This document shows, one piece after another, positions 42,390 through 55,051 of a stretch of DNA of 64,000 nt. Each line of letters opens with the position of its first letter. Position 1 is the first letter of the stretch. The notes beneath the pieces were generated by a model. That model was not told the DNA's origin. It saw only the letters and a list, made by a program, of their open reading frames with translations, and searched no databases. Made by a program: the position numbers and the translations under genes. Origin of the DNA: Octopus vulgaris. Lineage: Eukaryota. The DNA lies in assembly GCA_951406725.2 (NCBI GenBank), contig OX597827.1:63612001-63676000 (forward strand), read 5' to 3'.

Positions 42390-42620
42390 AGCTGCGAGCT
42401 GGCAGAAACGTTAGCACGCCAAGCGAAATGCGTAGCCGTATTTCGTCTACCGTTACGTTCTGAGTTCAAATTCCGCCGAGGTCAACTTTGCTTTTCATCC
42501 TTTCGGGGTCGATAAATTAAGTACCAGCTATGCACTGGGGTCGATATAATCGACTTAATCCGTTTGTCTGTCCTTGTTTGTCCCTTCTGTGTTCAGCCCC
42601 TTGTGGGTAGTAAAGAAATA
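42390..42620 (+). mobile_element. SINE family A, full length (tail type 1)
   Basis: 16-bp TSD gattgtcatggttgga at 42371-42386 and 42621-42636. Confidence 0.9.
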
Positions 42621-42929
42621 GATTGTCATGGTTGGAATGCCTTTGATCATAGGTTTATTTGATTGGGACTGACCTGGGACTAAACAACAATTATGATTGA
42701 CATCAATAACAATAACTGTTTTTGAGGATGACATATGACTACAATGATGAACTGCTAGAAATAGGATTCTCTTGATAAAAGTAAAAAACATGACAGACAA
42801 TCTTGATCTTGGTGGGATTTGAACTCAGTGTGCAAAGATTTGAAACAAATACTGTGGGATTCTCTATTCAATGCTCTAGCTGATTCTGTCAAAGCATTTG
42901 TAACCAGTCTGTTTTTTTTTTTTACTATA

Positions 42930-43440
42930 GCTCGTTACTTATATATTTTAGTCCTTTGCTACCCCTTGAGTATAAACCATCAATAACTTTGCTTTCCTGT
43001 TCTCGAATCTGGGTTGTCTTTTCTGCTTTACTCTTATTGGATCCTTGTTTTTTCAACGTTGCTTCTGTGACCCACCCCCAGCTATTTTGGGGATGTCTAC
43101 TTTTCTGTTTGTCTAATGGATTCCATGTCAGGCCCTGATATGTCATGCATAATATTGGTCCCCTTTTGGATTTTACTGTATTGTATCATATGTTTCCTGA
43201 AGGAAGGCCCCTTTTTCCCTATGTCTTGTTGACTATGAATTGTCATAGATGTTTCTGTACCCCTTCTTTTTTTCCCAAGTAGTAGCCTATCTTCTACTCC
43301 CTGCTTCTTTCCAGTTTTCTCCATGAGCTACTGCTAGATAGAGATTTATATACTGAAGCCCTTTGCTCCCTATTGAGTACAGGCTATCAATGACTTTTCT
43401 CTGGTCTGACTTTTATGCTTCTCTCCAGGTGGATTTCTGT
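42930..43440 (-). mobile_element. RTE-clade LINE 3' remnants (two tandem 3' ends)
   Basis: ORF 42925-43146 (TYQGLTWNPLDKQKSRHPQNSW...VIDGLYSRGSKGLK) fits the RTE C-terminus QALTWNP.GKR.RGRP.NTW...V.GL.S.G. The same terminal motif recurs at about 43347-43400. Confidence 0.7.
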
Positions 43441-43959
43441 TTTTTTTTTTTGCATCTCCCTTTTGAATTTTGCTGCACCATGTCCATACATCTCCCTAAA
43501 GGAAGGTTGTTCTCTCCCAGGGCTTGATAATTTTGAATCTTCATGGATGTATCTTGAACTTTTGCCTTTTTATAGGTAGGGTGTGCTAGCCCTATATAAA
43601 TCCATTTTTTCCCTTGTATCTTTCTTTTGAATTTTACTGCACCATGTCATACAGAACAGTGGACAGGAGCAATAAAGGGTGTATGAAATGAAGGGTTTTG
43701 CTCAAGAGCACAATGTCCAATTTGGGAATTGAAACCATGATATTCAGATCATCAGCACAACAAACTTGATTATGTATCTCTAGGTTATGTATCTTCACTT
43801 TTATACTTTCCAGGGTTGATTAAATTAAGAGATAAATAAATATCAGTACTCTGAGGGAAGGTCTTTCTCTCTTAGGGCTTGATAATTTTGAATTCTCATG
43901 GATGTTTTTCTAACTTTAGCTTTTTCTAGGTAGGATGTGCTAGTCTTACATAAATGCAT

Positions 43960-44560
43960 TTTTATCTCTAGAAAGTGGTGACCCTCGTTTCTGTGGCCTC
44001 TCTCTTATCACCTGTTTAGTATAGGAGACCTCCCCATCTAGAGCTTATTTCCCACTGGCATAGATCTTAGGTTGTTGAGGCACTCAAGCTATCGCACTGC
44101 ACAGCAAGTATGACTGGACCCTTGTAAGTAAAACAAAGAAAAGTTCCTTCCCGAGTCATACTGACTCATAAGGGCTGGTTTCCTGCTTTCCATTGTGTAT
44201 ATATTCTCCACCTGGATGGGATGCTGGTCCCTTGCAGGATTATCCACTTTTGCTAGCTGAGTGGGTAAGAGCAATGTGAAATGAAGTGTTTTGCTCAAGA
44301 ATACAATGCGTTACCCAGTCCAGGAATCGAAACTACAATCTTAGATCATGAGTCCAACACCCTAACCATGAAGCCACACACCTCCACTATGGACCCTGTG
44401 GTGGTAGCCATTTAACTTCCATATTAATCTGGCCTCTATCCTTTGATCTGTTCAACATAGATGGCCCCACCAGAAGCCTGTTATCTGATGGCATAGCTCT
44501 CAGAGTCATTGAGGCACTCAAGCCACCACACTGCAATAAGGACCAGACCTTGTGGTGGAC
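43960..44560 (-). mobile_element. two RTE-type 5' UTR-like fragments separated by a SINE C-related copy (44135-44385)
   Basis: Minus strand gcttgagtgcctcaa...gagagctatgcc occurs twice and resembles RTE 5' leaders as recalled. The intervening element has a tRNA head and a catcccatccagg block. Confidence 0.5.
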
Positions 44561-44604
44561 AGAAACTTGTATCCTTAACATCATTCTCAGTGTGACAACA
44601 TATT

Positions 44605-44805
44605 TTTCTTTATATTTGTTTCAGTCATATGACTGTGGCTCTGCTGGAGCACTACTTTTTAGTTGAACAAATTGCCCCCTGGACTTATTCTTTGTAAGCC
44701 TAGTACTTATTCTATTGGTCTCTTTTGCTGAATTGCTAAGTTACAGGGATGTAACCACACCAACATCAGTTGTCAAGTGATGGGGGGACAAACACAGACA
44801 CACAA

Positions 44806-44853
<48 letters not shown>

Positions 44854-45020
44854 TATATATGACAGGCTTCTTTCAATTTCTGTCTACCAAATCCACTCAC
44901 GAGGCATTGGTCGGCCCAAGGCTATAGCAGAAGACACTTGCCCAAAGGTGCCACACAGTGGGACTGAACCCGGAATCATGTGGTTGGTAAGCAAGATCCT
45001 TGCCACACAGCCACTGCTGC
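44605..45020 (-). mobile_element. SINE family B
   Basis: Matches family consensus with an internal (CA)n run. Confidence 0.87.
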
Positions 45021-46014
45021 ACTATGTCATACAGGACATGGACAGGAGCAATAAGGGGTGTCTTCCCCACCTCCAGGTGCGGAATATATCTGGCTTTTTG
45101 AATTAAAGGTGTCACCTGTTTTTGTATTAAGATGTGTGAGACTGAGTGTTATACAGAAATATGTGAACTGGCTTTCTGTCACTTATGATGACGAGGGTTC
45201 CAGTTGATCCAATCAATGCCCATGAAATTAACATGCAAGTAGCTGAGTACTCCACAGACATGCATACCTTTAATATAGTTCTCAGAGAGCTTCTACATGA
45301 TACAGAATGAAAAATACAGTTACAAAGTAATTTTTCCCAGCTGAGTGGAGTGGAGCAATGTGAAATAAAGTGTCTTGCTCCAGGACACACCGCATTGCCA
45401 GGAATTGAACTCATGATCTTACAATTGTTAGGTGGATACCCTAACCACTAAACCACGCACTTTCACAACATGTACTGAAAAATGCACCCTCAATGCAATT
45501 CACAAGTAGAAAGCAATATGGCAGTGTATGACTGGCTAGACCAGGCATAAGCAATGATTTCTAAGAAGTGGCTCACATGAGACATGGGTCAACTGAGACA
45601 TGGATCACATGAAACATGGCTCGTCATCAAGCAGTCCACACTACTAAAAACCCATTCAAGGTAACTTTTCATTTGGTGTACCATCCAGAAAGTTCCACAA
45701 TCAAGGTAATTTTCCATTAGGCATGCTGTCCAAAAAGTCCCACTGGCTGCAGCGTTTTCATGACTGGGTCAGATCTTTGAATTACTGGTACGGTCTGATG
45801 GGAGATTCCACACAGTTTCCATTCACTAGGCACTTGGTGGGCATGTTAGAAGACACTTATATGTGTTATCATGTATTGGGATCAATCAAAACCTGCACTA
45901 ATTAAACCTTTTAATTACCTGTATTTCTGTTGAAACATTCTTTGCTTGAATTACTTTGAAAAATCTATTATTTGTGTCTTTTACATTTAATCTTTTACTT
46001 GCTTCAGTCATTAG

Positions 46015-46425
46015 GGGAAGGTGGCCAGTCGATTAGATCGACCCCAGTACACAACTGGTACTTAATTTATCAACCCCGAAAGGATGAAAGGCAGAGTTGA
46101 CCTCGGCAGAATTTGAACTGAGAACGTAAAGACAGACGAAATACTTCTAAGTATTTTGCCCACCATGCTAATGTTTCTGCCAGCTCATTGCCTTACCAAT
46201 AGTATAAATATTCTTTTCTACTCTAGGCGCATGGCTTGAAATTTTTGAGGAGGTGGCCAGTCGATTAGATGAATCCCAGTATGCAATTCATATTTAATTC
46301 ATTGACCCCAAAAGGATGAAAAGCAAAGTCAACCTGGGCAGAATTTAAACTCAGAACGTAAAGACAGACGAAATACCGCTAAGCATTTCACTTGGCATGC
46401 TAACATTTCTGCCAGCTCGTGACCT
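46015..46425 (-). mobile_element. two tandem SINE family A copies
   Basis: Cores at 46015-46195 and 46212-46425. Confidence 0.85.
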
Positions 46426-47289
46426 TTAATTTAGATAATATTAAAGCAGAACGTTTGTATTTTACATCCAGAGACAGTCCCAGGATGAGCATTGAGGGGG
46501 GTGGGGGTTCAAAAAGGTTTATTACAAGACAATCTTCTTAATCTTTCACTCATATCTACAGCTATAGAGCTGTGCATGCTGTTGTCATTTAACCCCGGGT
46601 TAATCTATAATCAGTCTTAATAATCATAGACACCATAGATAATCTGCTGGCAAAAAAAAGGTAGTACCTGTATTTCAGAGGGCCAGCCTTGTCACATTCT
46701 GTACCATATGTCTATGGAATGCTCAGCCACTTGCACGTTAATTTCACAAGCAGGCTATTCCATTGATCAGATCAACTGGAACCTTGGCTAGACCATCTCT
46801 TATATTCTTGCATTATGTATCGACCTGTGCATTCATTATCTAATGTTTTGATTTGTTTTGTTTTTGTAAACCTTCTTCAAGACTAAATGTCAAATGAAAT
46901 CCACTACCAATGTTTGTCGATAAAGTTTTGGACATAACCAGGAATTTTCTAAGGATTAAAAATAAGTTACTAAATTACTATAATTACAGGTATAACTATG
47001 TGGTTTGAAAAATTCAGGCTGCTGTCAAATGGCTTTCAGTTCGATCCCATTGAGTGGTACCTTGGGCATGTTTTATGCCATGAACTCAGACTGATCAATC
47101 CCATGTGACAGAAATCTGGTTGAGGGAAACTATACAGAAGCCTATTACACAGACATACATATATATGTATGTAAGTGTATGTGTATGTGTGGTGATGTTG
47201 GTGGTGGTGGTAGTGAGGCGTGTTGGCATGTTCTGAAAATTAGCTGTTCAGCAAATAGAGATCAATCATCATCATAATCACCATCTTCA

Positions 47290-47697
47290 TCATCGTTTAA
47301 CGTCTGCTTTCCATGCTGGCATGGGTTGGACAGTTTGACTGAGGGCTTGCAAGCTAGGAGACTGCGCCAGGCTCTAATCTGATCGGGCAAGGTTTCTACA
47401 GCTAGCTGTCCTTCCTAACGCCAACCACTCTGAGAGTGTAGTGGGTGCTTTTTACATGCCACTGGCATGGGAGCCAGTCAGGCGGTACTGGCAACGACAA
47501 TGCTCGAATGGTGATTTTTATATGCCACTGGCAAGAGAGCCAGTCAGGTAGCACTGGCATTGGCCACGCTCGGATGGTGCTTTTTATGTGCCACCAGTAT
47601 GGGAGCCACTCAGGCAGCACTGGCATCGACCACTCTCAGATAGTGCTTTTTACATGCTACTGGCATGAGAGCCAGTCATTGAGCACTGGCATCGATC
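47290..47697 (-). mobile_element. family D element with four 66-bp internal repeats
   Basis: gtg.tttt units start at about 47444, 47510, 47576 and 47642; preceded by a (CAT)n tail. Confidence 0.85.
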
Positions 47698-47900
47698 AAT
47701 AATATATGATATTGTGTGTGTGCATGTGTGTGTGTGCGTGTGTGTGTGTATAAATATATAAAGAAACACAGGCATATACATACAGACACACATGCACACA
47801 TACATATATACATAATGTATGAAAATTTTATAGAAATATATGAAATAGGTATCTATTGTGTCCCAAATGTAGTTATAATCACTTATGTGAAATATGACCA

Positions 47901-47931
<31 letters not shown>

Positions 47932-48054
47932 TGTATAGATATTCTTTTTTTGAAGAATAAATTTTTTCTTTGAACATATATTTTTTGCAATAATAAAAAA
48001 AAAAATCAGTTAAATAATAATAACAAAATGATTTTAATTATTAGCCACAAGGGA

Positions 48055-48840
48055 AGGAAGCAAACTGGCAGAATTGTTTGAGTATCGGCAAAATGCCTAG
48101 AGTATTTCTTGTCGTTTGTTACATTCTGAGTTCAAATTCCACTAAGACCAATTTCGCTTTTCAACCCCCTGCGGTTGATAAAATAAGTACCAGCCAAGTA
48201 CCAAGGTTGGCGTAAGTTGATTAGTCCCTTCTTACTAGAATTTACTGGCCTCGTGACAAAATTTCAAGCCATTATTAACTGCGTAGATGACAGTACAAAG
48301 ATGAAACCTTAAGTCAGTGGGCACTGGTGAAGTCTGATTTTCATTGAGCAAAATGGTTAAAACCAAAAATAACAATAACAACAACAACAACAATAATAAT
48401 AAGGGTTTCAAATTTTGGCACAAGGCCAACAATTTCAAGGGAAGAGCTAAATGTATTACATTGACTCCAGTACACAACTGGTACTCATTTTATTGACCCT
48501 GAGAGGATGAAAGGCAAAGTCAACCCTGGCAGAATTTGAACTCATAACAAAAGGATGGACAAAATGTTGCTGAGCATCTTGCTTGGCACAATAACAATTC
48601 TGCCAGCTCATTGGCTTAATAACAATCCTTTCTACTATAGGCACAAGGCCTGAAATTTGGAGGGGAGGGGGTAAGTCAATTACATCAACCCCCATGTCTA
48701 ACCGGTACTAATTTATCAACCCCAAAAAGATGAAAGGCAAAGTTGGGCTCGGCAGAATTTGAACTCAGAATGTAGCAACAGGTGAATATCGCTAAGCATT
48801 TTATCCAGCATTCTAATGACTCTGTCAGCTCATCACCTTA
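48055..48840. mobile_element. three SINE family A copies (48055-48275 +; 48405-48618 -; 48625-48840 -)
   Basis: Family core motifs in each. Confidence 0.8.
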
Positions 48841-49177
48841 ATAATCATAGGTGCCCTGGGAATGATAGCGAAAGGGGCTGATTGCTACCGAACTCAGATA
48901 CCAGGAAACCCCAAAATGGCAGAAATTCAAAAGATAGTGCTCATAGGAACTGCTCATATCCTACGCAAAATACTCTCTATGTAATCTCAAGGTTTAAAAC
49001 AAACTTTTTTTTTTTTTAATTTATTTATTAGACATTCACTAGTACAACACAAAAAAAACCCCAAATATATGGCACACTAGGCGTAACAACAACGTGAACT
49101 TCCAACTTGTTGTCCCTTGAGGTCTCTGGGTGAGACTTGGAGCCAACTTGTACAAACATAAAGTCAAACAGAATAAC

Positions 49178-49178
<1 letters not shown>
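48841..49178 (+). mobile_element. 5'-truncated R4/Dong-like non-LTR retrotransposon, family 1
   Basis: Frame from 48841 reads IIIGALGMIAKGADCYRTQIPGNPKMAEIQKIVLIGTAHILRKILSM* (stop 48982-48984). The 3' UTR runs into (TAA)n. Confidence 0.8.
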
Positions 49179-49233
<55 letters not shown>

Positions 49234-49809
49234 TATAAAGAAATAAAAATTTCACTAACAATGAAGAACAACAAAACCAACAACAAAAAAGTGAGGCAGG
49301 TTCTTTCCTGTTGTCCTTGATAACAATATCTGATCAATTAGCCTTGGTCTTCCTTTCTGCATGGATTGACATCTCCCTCCTTGTATATAGCTGTTTTAAC
49401 ATTATCATAATGAGGGACAACTTTACAGCATGATTTGAGGAAATTCCACACAAAACCCCTGGTTTACTTTGACATGCAAATATAAAGTTTCTGGTCTCGT
49501 TTCTTATCACCAGCCCCTGAAGCTGCACAGTTGAAGTAAGTCCTTCTAACCATGTCAGTTTTGTACTCATTGATTTCTTACATTGGCAAAAGGCCATATA
49601 TAACCCAGTAAAGCACATAGATCAATTGAATTAACCTCAGAACATGTCTAATATCTATTTTGTTAACCCATTGGGGTTGAACAATAAAGTCATTTTTTTT
49701 CTGGTAGGATATGAAGTAAGAATGGGAAAGAATATAACTGACAGAACCCTTACTTGGCATTATGTCCAACATGTTATTGATTCTACAACTTCCTGCCTTA
49801 ATGATGATG

Positions 49810-49840
<31 letters not shown>

Positions 49841-49879
49841 CAATATTAATAATGATAATAATAATAATAATAATTGTAA

Positions 49880-50197
49880 TTTTTTCTACTAAAGGAACAA
49901 GGCCTGAAATTCAGGGGCAGAGGACAAGTCGATTACATCGACCCCAGTGTTTCACTGGTACTTAACCCTAACCCTAACCCGAAATGATGAAAGGCAATGT
50001 CAACCTTGGCGGAATTTGAACTCAGAACATAAAAATGGACAAAATACTGCTAAGCATTTCACCCAACATGCTAATGATTCTTCCAGCTCTCTGCTATAAT
50101 AATAATAATAATAATAATGATAATAAAAACAATAATAATAATGATGATGATGATGATGATAATAATCCTAATCATAATAATAATGATGATGATGATA

Positions 50198-50235
<38 letters not shown>

Positions 50236-50462
50236 CAACAATAGTAGTAGTTTTAAATTTTGGCTCAAGGCCACCAATTTGAGGGGAGGGCATCAGTCAA
50301 TTACATTGACCTCAGTACTCAACTGGTACTTATTTTATCGATCTAGAAAGGATAAAAGACAAAGTCAGCCTCAGTAACATTTAAACTCAGAACATAAAAC
50401 TGGAAGAAATACTGCTAAGCATTTTGTCCAATGTCTTAACAATTCCATCATCTCACTGCCTT
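49880..50462 (-). mobile_element. two SINE family A copies in (AAT)n
   Basis: 49880-50095 and 50250-50462; the first carries a (TAACCC)3 patch. Confidence 0.83.
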
Positions 50463-50477
50463 TATAATAATAATAAT

Positions 50478-50876
50478 AAGCAGTATCACCTGGCGTTGCT
50501 CGGGTTTGTTTCAACCCTTTAGAATTGGAATTTTTGAAAAGTAAAAATTTTGCATTATGTAGCTTGTTATTCTCTTTAAGTGAACATTTTTCTGGTTGAA
50601 ATACACCGAAAAATGGTGACACAGCAGTCAAAACAATCGTAAAAAAATAGGGATTTTCATAGAAAAAAAGCACCTTTTTGATGTAAATAATTTTTGCTCT
50701 TAACATGGTCCGATTTGAACTTTATCTTCTATGCAATGAAGAGCAAGCTTTCTTCTATCATACTCTCAATTTTGGTCAACTTGCACCACAGGGTCTCGGA
50801 GGAGATAGTGTTAGTTAAAGGCTACCAAACCTGCCACACACAGACAACTTAAGCTTTATATATATATATATAGATT
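50478..50876 (+). mobile_element. non-autonomous Helitron/Helentron-like element
   Basis: Begins agcagtatcacctggcgttgctcggg (a terminal hairpin-like motif), has an acacagaca microsatellite near the end and terminates in ttatatatatagat. This layout is typical of Lep1/HINE-type elements. Confidence 0.5.
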
Positions 50877-51514
50877 GTCGCCTTACTGGCACTTGTGCCA
50901 GTGGCATGTGAAAAACATTCGAGCAAGGTCATTGCCAGTGCCACTGGACTGGCTCCTGTGCAGGTGGCACGTAAAAAACACCACTTGAGCGTGGCTGTTG
51001 CCAGTATATATTTGTACTTATGCACATGTATAAAGAAACACTAATAGAGAAAAGAAAATACAGAGATGTATTTTAGGATATTGCTCTAACTCACACCATC
51101 ACTTTTTTGTGATCAAGACTGCAAGCCTCAAAACTGTTTGCATTTTCCCCCCTTCAATGTATTGATACGATAATGAGCATATGAGAACCAGACACCGCTG
51201 TAGTGAATGAAACATCCAAGACACTATTGAAATATTAATATTGCAATACCTGGGGACATGAGTATAGAGTTCAATGAACTGGAAAGACGTTGAGAAATAT
51301 GAGGATTTCAAATGAGAGAATGCAAATACAAGGTCACTAATGAACGTAGATAAGGAGTTCCTTTAGCAGAGTCCACTGTTGCAAACATCCAAGCCAGGTC
51401 CCATGGTTATTGATATTTTCTTTCCTCTCTTTCATTGACCAGTCTCAGAGTCCCTGTAAAGGGGTATTGGCCTGGCCTTTTTTCTCCTGACTGACCAAGT
51501 AATAAAAAAAATAT

Positions 51515-54310
51515 ATTAATAATGGTTAGGTCTCTATGTATGGTGTCTAATAGGCTAGAAAAATAGTCCACTAAAATAGGAATATGCGTTTAATATTAAC
51601 AGTGATCGGATCTCTATGTGTGTTGCCTTATAGGCTAGACAAATAGCTCGCTAAAATAGGAATTTGCATTCAATATTAACAGTGATAAAATTTCTATGTA
51701 TGGTGTCTTATAGATTAGACAAATAGCTAACTTAGATAGGAATATACATGTAACCTTAATGTTAATAGAGTTTATATATGTATACTGTTGAATAATCTAG
51801 ACAAATAGTTAGCTAAAATAGGAATATACATATATTATTACTAGATGTGGTGTCTAATAGTCTACACAAATGGTCGCCTTAACTACTACAAGCAATATTA
51901 ATAGATAAGATATTTGTGCACAGTATCTTATGGATTAGACAAATTGTTAACTAAAATAGGAATACACATTTAATATTAACAGTGATAGGGTCTCCAAGGG
52001 TGGTGTCTAACTGACAAAACATATAGTATGCACTAAAATTGGAATATACATGTATTATTAGAAGATGCAGCATCTTATAGACTAAAAGAATTGTCAACTA
52101 AAATAGGAGTATACATTTAATATTAATATTGACAGGATTTCGGCATATGATATCTTATAGACAAGAGAAATAGTTAACTAAAATAGGAAAACGCAGCTGA
52201 TATTAACAGCAGTAATATCTCTATATGCAGTACCCTATACACTAGGCAAATAGTTAACTAAAATAGGAATATGTATTTAATATCAACAGTGATAAAATCT
52301 CTATACTAGACAATTAGCTAGCTAAAATAGGAACATGCATTTAATATTAATATTAATAGGATTTCTATATATGGTGTCTAATAGTCTAGTTAAATAGCTA
52401 GCTAAAACAAGAATATACAGTATTACTAAGATATGGTGTTTAATAGACTATATAAATTGTCATCTAAAATAGGAATATACATGTAATATTAACTGATAAA
52501 CTCTCTAGTTGTGTTGTCTAATACACTGGACAAATAGTTAATTAAAATAGAATTAAATTCTTAATAATGAATTGACAGGATTTCTGCATGAGGGTCTAAT
52601 AGACTAGGCATATATCCTTAAATCCTTAAAATCCTTAAAAATGCTTTAGCCCGAAGGCCGCGGCCATGCTGGGGCACCAATAAAAATATATAATTAATAT
52701 TAATATCAGTTTCAAATGTTGGCACAAGGCCAGCTATTTTGGGGGTGGGGATAAGTTGATTACATCACCCCCACAGTGCTCAATTGGTACTTATTTTATC
52801 AACCCTGAGAGGATGAAAGACAAAGTTGACTTCGGTGGAATTTGAACTCAGAATGTAAAGACGGATGAAATGCTGCTAAGCATTTTGCCCGGCGTGCTAA
52901 TGATTCTGCCAGCTCGCTGCCTTACAGTTAATATAAATATCGATTGGAATTCTGTGCATGGTGTCTAATAGACTAGACAAATTATGAACTAAAATAGGAA
53001 TATACATGTAATATTAACGATGATAAGATCTCTATATGTGGTGTCTAATAGAAGAGACAATAGGTGACTAAACTAGGAATATACATATAATATTAATTGA
53101 CAATCTTTAGGTGTGTTATCTAATAGACAAGAGAAATAGTTAGCTAAAATAGGAATACTCTTTTACTTGTTTCATTCATTTATGACTGCGGCCATGTTGG
53201 AGCACCGCCTTTAATCGAGCGACTCGACCCCAGGTCTTATTCTTTTGTAAGCCCAGCACTTATTCTATTGGTACAGATAGGAATATACAGATAATATAGT
53301 AGACAGGAATATACAGATAATATTGATTTCAAATTTTGGCACAAAGCCAGAAATTTGCGGGGAAGGATAAGTCGATTACATTGACCCTAGTTTTCAACTG
53401 GTATTTATTTTATTGATCCTGAAAAGGATAAAAAGAAAAGTCGACCTCAATGAGATTTGAACTCAGAATGTAAAGACGGACAAAATGCCGCTAAGCATTT
53501 GCCTGGTTTGCTAACAATTCTACCAGCTTGCCACCTTAAATGTATGTATAATATTATTTCAAATTTTTGCCACAAGGGTAGCTTTGGGGAGGTGGGGATG
53601 AGTCAGTTACATCGACCCCTGTCTTCAATTGGTACCTATTTTAGCAGACCCGAAGGGATGAAAGGCAAAGTTGACTTTGGTGGGATTTGAACTCAGAATG
53701 TAGCACCAGGTGAAATACCACTAAGTATTTCATCCAGCGTGCTAACATTCTGCCAGCTCACTGCCTTAAATATATGTATATATAATATTCTTTTCTACTC
53801 TAGGCACAAGGCCTGAATTTTTGGGGGAGGGGGGCCAGTTGATTAGATCTACCTCCATATGCAACTGGTACTTAATTTATCGACCCCAAAAGGATGAAAG
53901 GTAAAATCAACCTCGGCAGGATTTGAACTCAGAATATAGAGATGTACGAAATACCGCTAAGTATTTCATCCAGCATGCTAAAGATTCTGCCAGCTCACCA
54001 CCATAAATATACTTATAATATTCATAGGAAAAAAGATGTCTGTGTGTACTGTCAAATAGACTAGGCAAATAGTTAACTGGAATGGGAATAAATATTTAAT
54101 ATTCATAGGATTTCTAGGTGTGGTGTCCAATATAGACTTAACAAAAGAGCTAACTAAAATAGGAATATACATTTATATTATGACTGATTAAATCTCTATG
54201 TATGATATCTAAATAGACTAGATAAATAAGTTGACTAAAATAGGAATATACATATATTATTAGTGCTAGACTCTCTAGATATGTAATATCTGAAGTAGAA
54301 ATATACATTT
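51515..54310. repeat. degenerate ~80-bp satellite array interrupted by SINEs
   Basis: ctaaaataggaata...taatattaac...ctctat...ggtgtctaatagactagacaaatag recurs with about 80-bp period (51571, 51651, 51731, 51813...). Split by SINEs at 52710-52925, 53157-53272 and 53325-54003. Confidence 0.88.
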
Positions 54311-54311
54311 G

Positions 54312-54805
54312 ATATCAAAATCGAAATCAAATTCGATGACTGGCATCAGTGCTAGTGGAGCGCTAAGAGTACCATACGAGTGAGATCGTTGCCGGAGCAA
54401 CAAGCTGGCCTCTGTGCCTATGGCACATTAAAAACACCATTCGAGCGTGATCGTTACCTATGTCGCTTTACTAGCACTTGTGCTGGTGGCACGCGAAAAA
54501 AACATTCGAGCGCGGTCGTTGCCAGTGCCACTGGACTGGCTCCTATGTAGGTGGCACATAAAAAGCACCATTTGAGTGTGGCCGTTGCCAGTTCTGCCTG
54601 ACTGGCTCTCATGCTGGTGGCACATAAAAGCACCCACTACACTCTCGGAGTGGTTGGCGTTAGGAAGGGCATCCAGCTATAGAAACTCTGCCAGATCAGA
54701 TTGGAGTCTGGTGCAGCCATCTGGTTCGCCAGACCTCAGTCAAATCGTTCAACCCATGCTAGCATGGAAAGCGGATGCTAAACGATGATGATGATGATGA
54801 TGATG
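54312..54805 (+). mobile_element. family D element, longest copy
   Basis: Starts atcaaaatcgaaatcaaa, has several related internal repeats and ends gcggatgctaaac(gat)n. Confidence 0.85.
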
Positions 54806-54858
<53 letters not shown>

Positions 54859-54866
54859 CATTATTA

Positions 54867-55006
54867 TTCAGGTCACTCCCTGGAATTGAGCTCGGTATCT
54901 TGGAGTTAGTAGCCCGCGATCTTAACCACGGGTATATGGCAAAGTGGTTAAGAGCACGGGTTACTAACCCCAAGATTCCGAGTTCAGTTCCAGGCAGAGA
55001 CCTGAA
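54867..55006. mobile_element. palindromic element made of two head-to-head tRNA-like units
   Basis: Right arm tggcaaagtggttaagagcacgggttactaacccc..gagttcagttcc..gacctgaa; left arm is its diverged reverse complement. Confidence 0.75.
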
Positions 55007-55017
55007 TAATAATAATG

Positions 55018-55051
<34 letters not shown>

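Noticed and set aside
47402-47697. CRISPR-like array
   Set aside because: Whole 66-bp units are homologous with no unique spacers, the context is eukaryotic and there are no cas genes.
48625-49235. SINE A tail 2 as the partner of the Dong-like element
   Set aside because: No shared 3' sequence is visible and the tails have opposite polarity: (ATT)n for the SINE, (TAA)n for the LINE.
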